Below the pieces are notes generated by a model. That model saw only the letters and a program-made list of their open reading frames with translations. It ran no database searches and had not been told where the DNA came from. Positions 12,258 through 23,300 of a stretch of 64,000 nt of DNA are shown here, in pieces. Both the position numbers and the translations under genes were made by a program. The stretch comes from Macrostomum lignano. Lineage: Eukaryota. The stretch spans positions 62,001-126,000 of the forward strand of contig NIVC01001834.1 of assembly GCA_002269645.1 (NCBI GenBank), read 5' to 3'. How positions within the stretch are numbered: the stretch's first letter is position 1; every line of letters begins with the position of its first letter.

Positions 12258-12920
12258 ATGAACGCCCACGCTGCAATCAGTGTCGCATTTGCGTGCTGCC
12301 TTCCGTTGCTGATCATGCAACTCATGTTTCATCCGGTGGCTGGCCTGAAGTGCTTCAAAACTGAGGTTGGCTCAACGCCACACGAGGTGCAATGCGGTCC
12401 GCTGGCCAGAGCTTGTCGCATCATCATCAAGCCCTACAAAGACCAGAACAACAGCGCCGTGACCAACTGCAACAACAACCAGCTAGATGGCAGGTACTTG
12501 TACGACTGCGCGGTGGAGTGTCCGGCCAAGAAGACGGACCTGAGCTGGAACGAGTTGGATTGCTGCAGTTCAGATCGATGCAACACCGGTGATGACATCA
12601 AGAAACAGAGCAACTGCTACGTGTCCAAGGGCAAGAAATCCAGTGTCTACGACACAATTGAGCCGTGCAACAAGCCGAAGCGATGCGCCATCAACCTCAA
12701 AACCCAGGAGACCAAGTGCTTGGACGAGGCGCAATGCAAAGGCGGAGAATGGAAGTGTTGCAAGGATGAAGAGTGCCTCAATAAATGGGGAGTTGAGAAG
12801 GTGAGCATGGGCATAATTGAAGAGGAGAGCACAGACGCTACGAGTCTAACGCCGTCCATAGCTGTCGCCATCACCTGTCTGTTGGCCTACAAAGCAGCTT
12901 CAATGTCGGCGTCGCCCTGA
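12258..12920 (+). CDS. Intronless secreted, probably GPI-anchored Ly6/uPAR (three-finger)-like protein with two Cys-rich domains
   Basis: Signal peptide ending VAG, then LKC...CCSSDRCN (LU signature), a second unit CY...CCKDEECLN, and a C-terminal hydrophobic tail after a Ser/Thr-rich spacer. Confidence 0.8.
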   Translation: MNAHAAISVAFACCLPLLIMQLMFHPVAGLKCFKTEVGSTPHEVQCGPLARACRIIIKPYKDQNNSAVTNCNNNQLDGRYLYDCAVECPAKKTDLSWNELDCCSSDRCNTGDDIKKQSNCYVSKGKKSSVYDTIEPCNKPKRCAINLKTQETKCLDEAQCKGGEWKCCKDEECLNKWGVEKVSMGIIEEESTDATSLTPSIAVAITCLLAYKAASMSASP

Positions 12921-14582
12921 ATCAAAGAAATTTAACAAAGCTTGATTATTCGAATGCGATTTACGAATTGATGACAATAGACTTTAAAGATTTTTATTTT
13001 CAATTGGCAATTAGAAGGTATGAATTGTAGCATAATTAATGCCAGCTATTATCGACAATTATTATTTATTTTATCGCGAGTAACTCGAACAACCAACCGT
13101 ACGTATCCAAGACACCTGTGATTATAAAGCTAAAGCACCATTGAAATTTTTTTGCTTAAAAGTTAAAGCATCGATGTCTACCTTCAAGTACACTAGATTA
13201 AAAATATGATTGAATACGCGCACATCAATTAGCTCAATTGATATCCCAATTCTATCAAAAATACCAGAAGCTACGTGAATTGTACTTTTCTCTTGTAAAA
13301 CAACTTTTATTTTCAATGCTATAAGTCTGCAATGCCGAAAATTGTAAAAAATGAACGTCGTCATATAATGAGCTATTAGTATTACGTCGTAAAATTACCT
13401 GATTCGATTACTTTTGCGCTGTTTCATTTAATTATTTGTCATCTTTTTGTCACAGGAACTTCTGCAAGGTGAAGCGGGTTCACTGCAAAGGGCCTATCAA
13501 CTTAAGCTCATAAAGTGGAGCCCAAGTAATCTATGAAGCTGTATTTGGCAAAAACACACAAAAATTGGACCTGGGATAGGAGAGAACAAGAAAGGGGACA
13601 ATTAGGGACTATTATGTAAACTTTAGCTCATAAGGTGGAATCCCTTACAACGGTAACTTCTAGTGGTCCTTGGGTGAGCTTTTGACTTTTGTCTTTTTTA
13701 AGTGTTTGTTTTACTTCGTTTTATTTATTCAGGAATTCGAATATATATTTGTTTTAATACCTCAAATGCAATAGTAGTACGCTCGTTGTATAGTCGAAGT
13801 AGTGTAGTATTATACTAATAGTAGTAGCTAGTGTAGTAGTACATACAGTAGTAGTAATAGTCATTTTACAGCATTTTGTAGCATTTTTGGTTTTTGCTTT
13901 ACACAGAGACCTTTACTTATATTTAATTTGAAAATGTGTTTGTATACCGTGTATTTTTATATTCTTTTTCCTTATTTGGTAATGGTCTAATGGAACTCAT
14001 GGGTAACTTTACCTTTCGTGACTGCTCAGCTCAAAGTGACTCAATGGCGATACAGGTGGGCGGAACGGAGATGTTTGCATGATTATCCTGATTTCCACCT
14101 TTCTTCTATTGTCTTTAAAAGGTTGACTGCGATTAGTTATAGACAATCTCTAAGACTAAGGATGGAGAATGCGGATAACAAAAGCAAAAGCAAAGACAGG
14201 AATAAAAATATATAAATTAGACTGCCAGCACCGCCTTGCTGGCCTTGGCTTTAATCCCTTTAATTTAGCACGGAATTTCGTCAAAATGTAAGTGTTGTGT
14301 ATTTACTAAACTACATGTCCCTGTTCGTTATTTTGCCAAGAATTTTTAACAACTTGTTTTGACTGCGGGCAAAGCAGAGACTATAGGTTTTTTTACGACG
14401 ATTAATTATAGAATTATTTCCAGACATGAATAACAAATTTACAAAATAAAACTATTTTAGTTCTGAGCACGGACTCGGTTCTTGGGAAAGCAGCAGACAC
14501 AGCTGTACACCCATCTCACTCTGAATTCGTCCTGATTTGCCAAAAATGCGAGATACCGGCTGCGGGGTGGCTGTGTATCCGT

Positions 14583-14589
14583 CTATATA
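14583..14589 (+). promoter_or_regulatory. Candidate TATA box of the insulin-like gene; putative 5'UTR intron at 14728-14803
   Basis: ctatatag lies about 140 bp before a gtgagt donor, and a pyrimidine-rich tttttgtcag acceptor lies upstream of the ATG. Confidence 0.4.
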
Positions 14590-14841
14590 GATCCTGCTGT
14601 GTCTTGGAAGTGATTGCAGGCGTTAAACTCGTAATTCTACTCCAAATCGGATTCCTTTTCTCTGTATCACGGCAGCGAAATACCATATCTGAGGCTTGCT
14701 ATTTGTTAGACAAAGCATGAATATTCAGTGAGTACTGTGGGAGGCCCAGTCGACACAAGTTGTTCCAATGTGATGCTCATGTATCTTACTTTGTTTTTGT
14801 CAGGTCACGTCGTAATGCTTTTAGAAGGCCAAGAACTATCC

Positions 14842-15894
14842 ATGGACCACAGTCGAAGAAGCTTGTTTTGCTGCTGGCTTTGTTGTCTGCGTCGGCCCTG
14901 ATGCTCCCTGGCACGGATGCCCAACAGTACTACGACCCTGCTGCTCTTCAAGAGCAGGTGTCCTACCATCCCTGCTCGTTCGGACCAGTGAGGCGCACTG
15001 ACGGCATTTGCGGTACTGCGCTGACTGATATGTTTACCAACTTCTGCGAACGGTACTGCCATGCTTTAAGCCAAGAGAGTGCGAGTCGAAGCACCAGAGG
15101 TGATTTTTGCTAGTATTGGTTTTTGCTTTGCCTTGGCTTTTTTGCTGGGTGGTGCAAGAGGGGAAAGCGGAGCGAGAAGGCTAATCCCTGAGCGTCTCTG
15201 TAGACGAGTGGCCCTTTATACATGTCCGGTAAGGCTACTTAAAAAGGAAGCGGTATGCTAAAATTAATCCTCAAGGCTGGCCTGACACCCAACAAGCAAG
15301 GAGAACGCTATCAACCCGGCTATTTTGTAGCCTCTAACTAAGCCCATCAAAATATAATTTAAGCATTGGATCGGGTACCTAAATCTATCTAGCATCTAAA
15401 TTTGACCGAAGCCCTGGATGGATCCAACAGTCCTGCATGGGTCTTGAACAATTTCTGGGACGAGTAACCACGGATCAGCTTAGGAGACAGCCTAGGGGAT
15501 GCTGCATACCTCACACCAGTATTGACAAAAGGAGAGGGCAGCGATCTCGGACAGTCGCTCGAAAGCCTAGCCTCCTGACTACATCTTCTCAAAATAAAAT
15601 CCCAAAAATTTTCACGCATAAAAATGAACACAGACTATAAGAAGAAGACGAGCAGTTTTTTGAGCCAGAATTGGGACGCAATTTTTGTTTTGGTGACAGG
15701 GCCTCGATTTGGCTACAATTTGTCCCACGGTGCGGTCAAACATAAAAAATAGAATCTTCCCGGCCGTTCCCTGTACTTTAATTGCAGTTCGCAAAAGCTA
15801 TTCCTACTGGCGCAGACGCGAAGGTTTGTACTGCACCTGTTGCGTCAGAAACTGCGATCTGCGCGTCATGGCAACGTACTGTCCGTGCATCTAG
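14842..15894 (+). CDS. Insulin-like peptide precursor with 10 Cys. Exons 14842-15099 (one missing base near 14868) and 15788-15894
   Basis: Signal peptide; B-chain C-x11-C (CGTALTDMFTNFC); phase-1 GT-AG intron 15100-15787 in the C-peptide; RRR cleavage site; A-chain CC-x3-C-x8-C (CCVRNCDLRVMATYC). Confidence 0.88.
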
Positions 15895-16164
15895 GCTGCA
15901 AACTGGGGACACTGCAACGCTTTGGTGTGCATGGCCACTGCAGACGCACAAAATTCCGGTTTGACGGAAAGAGTAAAACAATACTCAATAAAACCTCAAT
16001 CAGAAGCTGTGATCTGGCAAGAATTAAGCAAAACACTCGTAGCGAAACGTAATAAATTATTCGACAAACACCATGATGACATCTGTCGAGGACTAGATAA
16101 TTTCATAAACCGTCTTCCTTGATTATTTATTTGAGCACTGTTTGAAGGGCAAAAACCTACTTAC

Positions 16165-16345
16165 TCAGAGTCCGTCACTTGGCACCAATAGTCATTCAGA
16201 GTCTATCGATTGGCACCAATACTCACTCAGAGTCCATCACTGGACACCAATAGTCACTCAGAGTCCATCACTGGACACCAATACTCACTCAGAGTCCATC
16301 ACTGGACACCAATACTCGCTCAGAGTCCATCACTTGACACACTGG
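16165..16345 (+). repeat. About 31-bp tandem repeat (cactcagagtccatcactggacaccaatact), about 6 copies
   Basis: Units are directly visible. Confidence 0.85.
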
Positions 16346-16463
16346 ACGTAAAAAACTGACTGGTAGTTTTAATTGAATAAAGCCCCTAAAAACTGCTTAA
16401 CAATGACAATATTGCAAGTTGAAACGCAGTATACTATTTCAAATTCTCAGACAAAAAAAGTTC

Positions 16464-16559
16464 TCCGGCGAGGCGGATTTGAACCACCGACCTAAGGATC
16501 GCTGCTGATTGACATTTGCACTCTACAGTCCTCCGCTCTACCAACTGAGCTATCGCCGG
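16464..16559 (-). tRNA. tRNA-Tyr(GTA) with 23-nt intron, copy 3
   Basis: Same mature sequence as copies 1 and 2, with 7 extra nt in the intron and an oligo-T terminator. Confidence 0.96.
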
Positions 16560-17089
16560 TCTGACTGAAGCACCTGTCAAAACCAATTATTAGCTTGTAA
16601 AACGCACTGATTCAAGTTCTTTCTGGAACTGGTGGAGTAGAAAACATATTATAAGGTATTCAACAGAACAGCCTACTGACAAGTAGAAATCAGAGCTATT
16701 GATGGTCAGAGTTAAAAAAAAAATAATGTACATGTCCTCGTTCCTTTGAGAATTTATATTTAAGTAATTGTATTCATACTTTTATTTTATTCAATGTACA
16801 GCGTCACTTGAGAGCGCGGTACCCTTTATTGAGCCAACTCTCCTCAGTTCAAATAGAAACATGCCCAAAAATTTCTAAATAAGTCTCTTAAGTCAACTCT
16901 AAGTTGACCCAATGCAGAGTGAACTGTTAATGTCTTGTTTTCTCATTCCGGTTCAACAAGAAGTCCTCTATGCCTGGATTAAAAATCAAAGTGAAAATGT
17001 ACGTTTTATACTCAGTTGTGGCCTTTTAAAGTTATTGAGAGAAATTGGGGAGTAGTGAGGACACTACCAGGACCGGTTTCTGTCCCTAT

Positions 17090-17310
17090 TTATTATTACA
17101 CCTGCCCCAATTGGGCCAGATGTGCAACCGACAGCTCAGCCGCAGCTATTGCGCGGCGCATCTGAAGGCTGCGTACGGCTGTTCAGTCCAAGGATTGGGA
17201 GGTCGCCACACACCCTCAATTACCCCAGCTAATGCTGGCACCAATTTTACAGCTGGGTGAACTGAACCAATGCAGAGTGAAGTGTCTTGCTCAAGAACAC
17301 AAATTGTTCC
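17090..17310 (-). mobile_element. CORE-SINE copy, 5' truncated
   Basis: High similarity to the copies at 8305, 26860, 46190 and 56775. Confidence 0.8.
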
Positions 17311-17933
17311 GGTGTAATTCTGCACCATGCACAACAACTCCATACAAACTCCAACATGCCCTCTTGAGGCGCGATATTGGGCCAGTCTCTGGAGGACTCA
17401 TTGGGTTAAAATATTGCAGACACCAGTTCATTTTTCAGCAAAGGTCAATAATGAAATGCTTCGTATTTTTTCTACTATAATGATCGCATTTAAGTATAAG
17501 CGTCTGTGCTTGCACAAACAGACATAACTTTGGCGCCCCGAGCACTACCGAATTAGCGTTCCTGTCGCATTTATTGCAAGGACCACTGTAGTATAACAGG
17601 ATGTAAAACTGAAAGATGTGTACTTTTTTGAAAGCCATCAATTTCATGAAAAAAATACCATACACTGTGGAAACAGGAAAGATCAAGATCGGATCTTATG
17701 TAGCTGTGTCGTGAGTTTCATTTTCATATTGTTTTCTTTGGATTTCATAAGCCTGAAGTTTTAGATACTCACAAGTTGAGTTGGATTAGTGTAACTTTTT
17801 TGTTTTTTCTTCCTAAACAAGTACATTTTTAATAAAAAATGTTGCAAGCAGATACTCTTAAGTCAATATTGTAGGTACATGTATAGTTCCAATTCAATGC
17901 ATACACAGCTACTGCATACAACTTCACTATGTA

Positions 17934-19297
17934 CGAGGGCTATCCCAAAAGTACGAGCGCGTAAGTTTCGCTATGCTATAAAAGACAAACTAGTGATCCA
18001 ATAATAAAAAAAAAATTTGCAACTGCAAAATGAACTCATAGTTACTCTACAAATTTGCCGCCGAGGTCAACGCACTTCTGACAGCGGCGCACCCACGCCT
18101 CAAAGGCAGGGCTGCAACCGCCGATGGCCAGATGCCGGAGAGCTGATGAAGCACTGTTATTAATCTGTTCCACCGAGGCAAAACGTTGACCACGAAGACT
18201 CTCCTTCATCCTTGGGAAAACGTAGAAGTCCGCCGGAGCCAAGTCAGGCGAATAGCGCGGCTGAGGCAGAACTTCCCAGTCCCAGGACTCCAGGAGCTCT
18301 TCCACTCTTCTGGCGCGGTGCACAGGCGCATTGTCGTGATGAAAAATGACGCCTCTCTCAAGCAAGCCAGGTCGCTTCTTTCTGATCGCCGGTCGCAGTT
18401 TCTCCTGCAGAATCCATTTGTAATATTCGGCGTTCACCTTGGTACTGACTAGCACAGGCCAGTCCACCAGAATGCCATGGACGTCGAAGAAGATGATGTG
18501 CATCACCTTCATTGAACTCTGCTTGCGCTGCACCTTCTCTGGGCTTGCTGATCCCCTTGGAAGCCACTGTGCTGACTGGCGCTTCAGCTCAGGATCCCAT
18601 TCGTAGACCCAAGTCTCATCTCCTGTCACAATCCTGCTGAGGAAGTCGTTGCCTTCTCGATGAACTCGACGAAGGTGCTCTCTGGACAGCCTCACCCGCT
18701 CCTCCATCTGCTTTTCTGTCAGCAGGTGGGGCACCCATTTGGCGAAGATCTTCTGCATGCCCAAGTTCTCAGTTAGAATGCGATGCACCGTGCTGTGGGG
18801 AATGTCTAGAAGTTCCTCGAGCTCAGCGCAAGTGAGCCTGCTGTCCTCTGTCACGGCATCCTTCACACGCTCGGCATTTGCGTCGGTTGTTGCTGTTCTC
18901 GGCCTTCCGGAGCGCTCTTCATCTTCCATGCACAGCCTCCCTCCCTGGACCTCACGAACCCACTTGCACACTGTCTGAATTGATGGAGCTTCCTCTCTCA
19001 AAACGTCTCCAAGCTCTTCATGAATTGCAGTTGCCGATTTTCCAGCCAAAACTCCAAACTTGATGATGTTCCGAACGTCAAACCGAGTGAACGAAGCTGA
19101 CGCGGCCATCTTTGCAAAAGTCTATTTGATTTAAGTGATGCTCTGCAGCTTGTGAGCATGACAGCACTCTGAAACTTGTCATTCTTCTTTACCATAGACT
19201 ATAGGTTAGTAAATGGCTAGTGTCTCCTGTCCAAGATGCTATTAATAAATTTTATACTAAGGTAAAATAGCGAAACTTACTTTTGGGATCGCCCTTG
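17934..19297 (-). mobile_element. Full-length mariner transposon (Tc1/mariner, DD34D, probably irritans subfamily)
   Basis: TA target duplication at 17932-33 and 19298-99. TIRs cgagggctatcccaaaagta...agtttcgctat and the inverse at 19267-19297. TIR start CGAGGG resembles Hsmar2 as recalled. Confidence 0.93.
18042..19109 (-). CDS. Mariner transposase, 355 aa, uninterrupted
   Basis: HTH N-terminus, WVPHLLT, TGDETW, HHDNAPVH, and YSPDLAPADF with 34 residues between the second and third Asp. Confidence 0.95.
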   Translation of the reverse strand: MAASASFTRFDVRNIIKFGVLAGKSATAIHEELGDVLREEAPSIQTVCKWVREVQGGRLCMEDEERSGRPRTATTDANAERVKDAVTEDSRLTCAELEELLDIPHSTVHRILTENLGMQKIFAKWVPHLLTEKQMEERVRLSREHLRRVHREGNDFLSRIVTGDETWVYEWDPELKRQSAQWLPRGSASPEKVQRKQSSMKVMHIIFFDVHGILVDWPVLVSTKVNAEYYKWILQEKLRPAIRKKRPGLLERGVIFHHDNAPVHRARRVEELLESWDWEVLPQPRYSPDLAPADFYVFPRMKESLRGQRFASVEQINNSASSALRHLAIGGCSPAFEAWVRRCQKCVDLGGKFVE

Positions 19298-20385
19298 TAC
19301 ATGCAGCTATATACTCGTACTATCAGATATAGAAGAGTATCATGCTTTGCACGCTAAATTAAAATATTGGTAGTGTGATAATTGATTATATGATACAAGA
19401 AAAGAGCTTTTCCTATGTCCCCAGTATATTTTTCCATGAAATCGGCCTCGTGAAGTAATTTACACGATCTTTGCTATACTAAAGTGGTCCTTGACTTATT
19501 GGTGAGCATTCAAAACGCAGATTTCGTTCCCCTGGGTGGATTTTCGCCGGTCCCAGAGCGCCAGAAAGTCGTCCAATAGAGTTATTTGCACTTTTTCGGT
19601 GCCGAAACCGAAACCCGGTACTGGACAATAAAACTCCAGCATTGGAGCCACATTTAAGCGGCTGCTCATGCATGTAGGCGGGCGGCACAAAGACTGGCTG
19701 CTCATGTGAGCAGGCCACAGTTTCATAGCATAGCCGTCTCATATCATTGCGTGTGGAATTAGGGTTTTTTATGTCATTGCCCGCCAGTTTGCATGCGCGC
19801 TTCTGTCACTGCCGGCAAATGCTTAAACCCCGGACTGTGCGCTTTCCAATGCGCACTTTTCCAACGCATCCGACGTTTTTCATGCGCCCTTGCCTTGGTG
19901 CGCGCTTATTCAACCCTCATATATGTTCATGCAGCTATGTAGACAGCACTACCTTTAAAGGGGATCACATCGACTGCAGTAAACACTAATAAAATCCTCA
20001 TTTTATCCCATTAATCTCCTGGGAGCCCAGGGGCTTGGATGCGCGATGTCTCCAGTCGATTGGTTCGGCATGCTGTCTATTGCAGTCGGTTTGGTCGGGA
20101 TCTTTTCTTCGGGTGCTTAAGTTTAAGCTGACCTACGAGCGTATTTTCAAGACCATTACTAATGATACATCGTGAAGGCATGTTTTCAAAGCCACAAACA
20201 GAATACAAGAATTGGTTGGCGATTTCTTCATTGTCGTTTCGACAAGAGCTTTCTTATTACTATCGCATTATTTCTCAAGAAACCAAACTTCGTGAAGTGA
20301 ACAGTGATGCTATATCAGATTTTTAGGACAGCTCATTGAGCCAATGCAATTGGTTGTTACCAAGATTTTAGTACCATGTGCAAAC

Positions 20386-23300
20386 TTAATGGAACAATGT
20401 GGCAATAGCGTTCGCTAGCAGCGTAGGATCCTCTGAAGAGTGCGCCAGCCGAAAGTTGCACCGGCTAACTAGAGGCTCCAGCGTTTGTTTCTGTCGAAAT
20501 TTGGCCACAGTTTCCACTGTCAGGGCAACGGCTTCCCGCCATAGGTCGGTCTTTAATTTGGCCAGAATGCGAGTCTGACGGCGCCAAGACGGCAGATCGT
20601 TGACCTCTAGTAGTTGCACTGATAGACGACTGTCAACCATGAAGTCAACGCCGAACAACTGCGAGGTGGGGAGGAGAACTTGAATTTAAAACGTTGGAAA
20701 ATAAAACTGGGCGGTCTAAAGTGGCCTCAAAGAGTGAGGTTGTTGCTTCGGGGATATGAAGTTTCGGGGATATGAAGTTTCGGGGATATGAAGTTTCGGG
20801 ACATGAAGTTTCGGGGATATGAAGTTTCGGGGATATGAAGTTTCGGGGATATGAAGTTTCGGGGATATGAAGTTTTGGGGATATGAAGTTTCGGCGATAT
20901 GAAGTTTCGGGGATATGAAGTTTCGGGGATATGAAGTTTCGGGGGATATGAAGTTTCGGCGATATGAAGTTTCGGGGATATGAAGTTTCGGGGATATGAA
21001 GTTTCGGGGATATGAAGTTTCAGCGATATGAAGTTTCGGGGATATGAAGTTTCGGGGATATGAAGTTTCGGGGATTTGAAGTTTCGGGGATATGAAGTTT
21101 CGGGGATATGAAGTTTCAGCGATATGAAGTTTCGGGGATATGAAGTTTCGGGGATATAAAGTTTTGGGGATATGAAGTTTCGGGGATATGAAGTTTCGGG
21201 GATATGAAGTTTCGGGGATATGAAGTTTCGGCGATATGAAGTTTCGGGGATATGAAGTTTCAGCGATATGAAGTTTTGGGGATATGAAGTTTCGGGGATA
21301 TGAAGTTTCGGGGATATGAAGTTTCGGGGGATATGAAGTTTCGGGGATATGAAGTTTCGGGGATATGAAGTTTCGGGGATATGAAGTTTCGGGGATATGA
21401 AATTTCGGGGATATGAAGTTTCGGAGATGTGACGTTTCGGAGGAATGAAGTTTCGGGGATATGCTCGTCACTAAATGCTGCTCGCTTGGTCTGTGGACAT
21501 GTCAGCACTCATATCCTTCGAAGAGAAAAAACTGAAGTAAACTTTGTGTTAACCAAGATGCATGCATATTTATAAATTGGTTAAACACACCAACCTTAAA
21601 TGTGTTAGCTTTAATAGCATTGTCGTTGAGACTCTCGGCGAACGCGGCGCCCAGATAGCCAATAATGGCGCCAATCTTCGGATAGATGACGTCACGAACG
21701 TAGTCCTTAGCCGGCAGGTTGCCCCGACTGTTAAAATATTGATTGAGCTCGTCCGGTTCCCACACTGTGGTCTCCTTGACCCGATCGTACAAGACGCTGT
21801 TCATCTGTATGTGCTGGTTGGTGAGGTGGCACAGCAGGTCTCCACTGTCGCGCTGGTAGGCCATGATGCACAGTCTTAGAAAGCCGGGGTGCCAGTAGAC
21901 GTAGAAAGCCTTCGATCTGGAGCCAGATTTCTCCCGACGACAAGCGTTCACCATGAGCATGTAGACGCGAAAATCGAACTTGCGCTTGTCAACTAGCAAC
22001 GGTCGCTCGATGTACTTTTGTAGGATCACATCGGATAGCCGGTGCTCCAGCAGACCGGAACCTTTCAGCATCTCGAGAAGGTCGCGATGCCCGCCGGTGC
22101 TGCCACCACCGAGGCGTAGCAGCCGCATATTCCGACCTTTTGTGCCACTGAATGAGGCAAGCAGATTAAAATTAAGTATGCAACATTTCTTCAAAAGTAG
22201 TTGTGACAAAATCAATGCTAACGTACCGTACTTCCTTGACGATGTATGTGCCTTCAGAAGCGGCTAAAATAAATTAAAAATTGAGACATTTAAAAAATTG
22301 TCTTTAATCATTATCTATCTGCAGTAAGTGAAAGAAAAACATGCTATCATAGGTGCTTACATATCCGATGACGTAATACAATGAATACATTGAACAAGGT
22401 CAACGTCTGCTTATTTGTCTGTCGGAGTATCATCAACTAAACAAATACGAGCTATTCTTAAGATACGTTATTTCTTCATTCACAATTCCTAAACCAAAAT
22501 CTACGCTCAACAATATGCATGGCAATCTTCATACACGTATTAATTCCAACGTGCATTTTTATTTTATCTCAATCCTTACCTTCGTCCTTACAAATAATCT
22601 TTCAAGACTGCAGGCACAGCGTCGTCACAACTCTACTAAACACTAAGTTTGTGCCTCTGAGGGTGTACGAAGCTTGAGCAGCCAGTACTCCCTATGCCGT
22701 CTTTGGACAGTTCAGTCCGATTCAACGCAAACTAGCCATCTGTGCCCCCATTGGGGAGGCAACAAAGTATCGAATAAAAATGTTTGAATAAACTACATGA
22801 AGGTTATGACCTTGTACAGTCGTTATTGTTAGTATCCTAAGAAAAATGCTGTTTTGAGCAAACAATTGCATCAGCCCTAAAAGCCGGCTATCTAGCCTAA
22901 GATCCCCTTTGAGCTTTGGCATCAAAGCATCCCTTTCAGCCATTGCTTAACCTTAACTCTCCCTTTGATCTGACTTTGGCTTGGCGTACGTAAACTTCTT
23001 CCAATTGACCGTCGGCATCTCAGCAATCCCCTCATGCGGATTGACATCGCAGCACTTCCCCCAAGAGCCCCCAGCATTTCAGCGATTGCCCAGTTGTGGT
23101 CATCAAGACTCGAGAGCGCTTCTCTCATCACATTATGTTCCAGCAAGTCCGTCAACACTCCCATGGCCGATTTCGGAGCGCATAATACTCTCAAATAGAA
23201 ATACGGTAGCAAAGAGACTAGTCATCTTTGGCGGCGTGGAGCAGACAGTCGAATTAGTCGAAATTTGATCCAATTTTTTTTCTAAGATCTCATAGCATAT

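Noticed and set aside
15079-15261. Signal-peptide-like 60-aa ORF (VIFASIGFCFALAFLLGG...)
   Set aside because: It lies in the intron of the insulin-like gene, has no proper ATG, and begins at the splice donor.
19480-19980. Possible TTAA-type DNA transposon remnant
   Set aside because: No matching terminal inverted repeats or TSD could be established by eye.
20716-21508. 251-aa and 82-aa ORFs with PETSYPRNFISPKLHI repeats
   Set aside because: Translation of the 16-bp satellite inside a TTLL intron.
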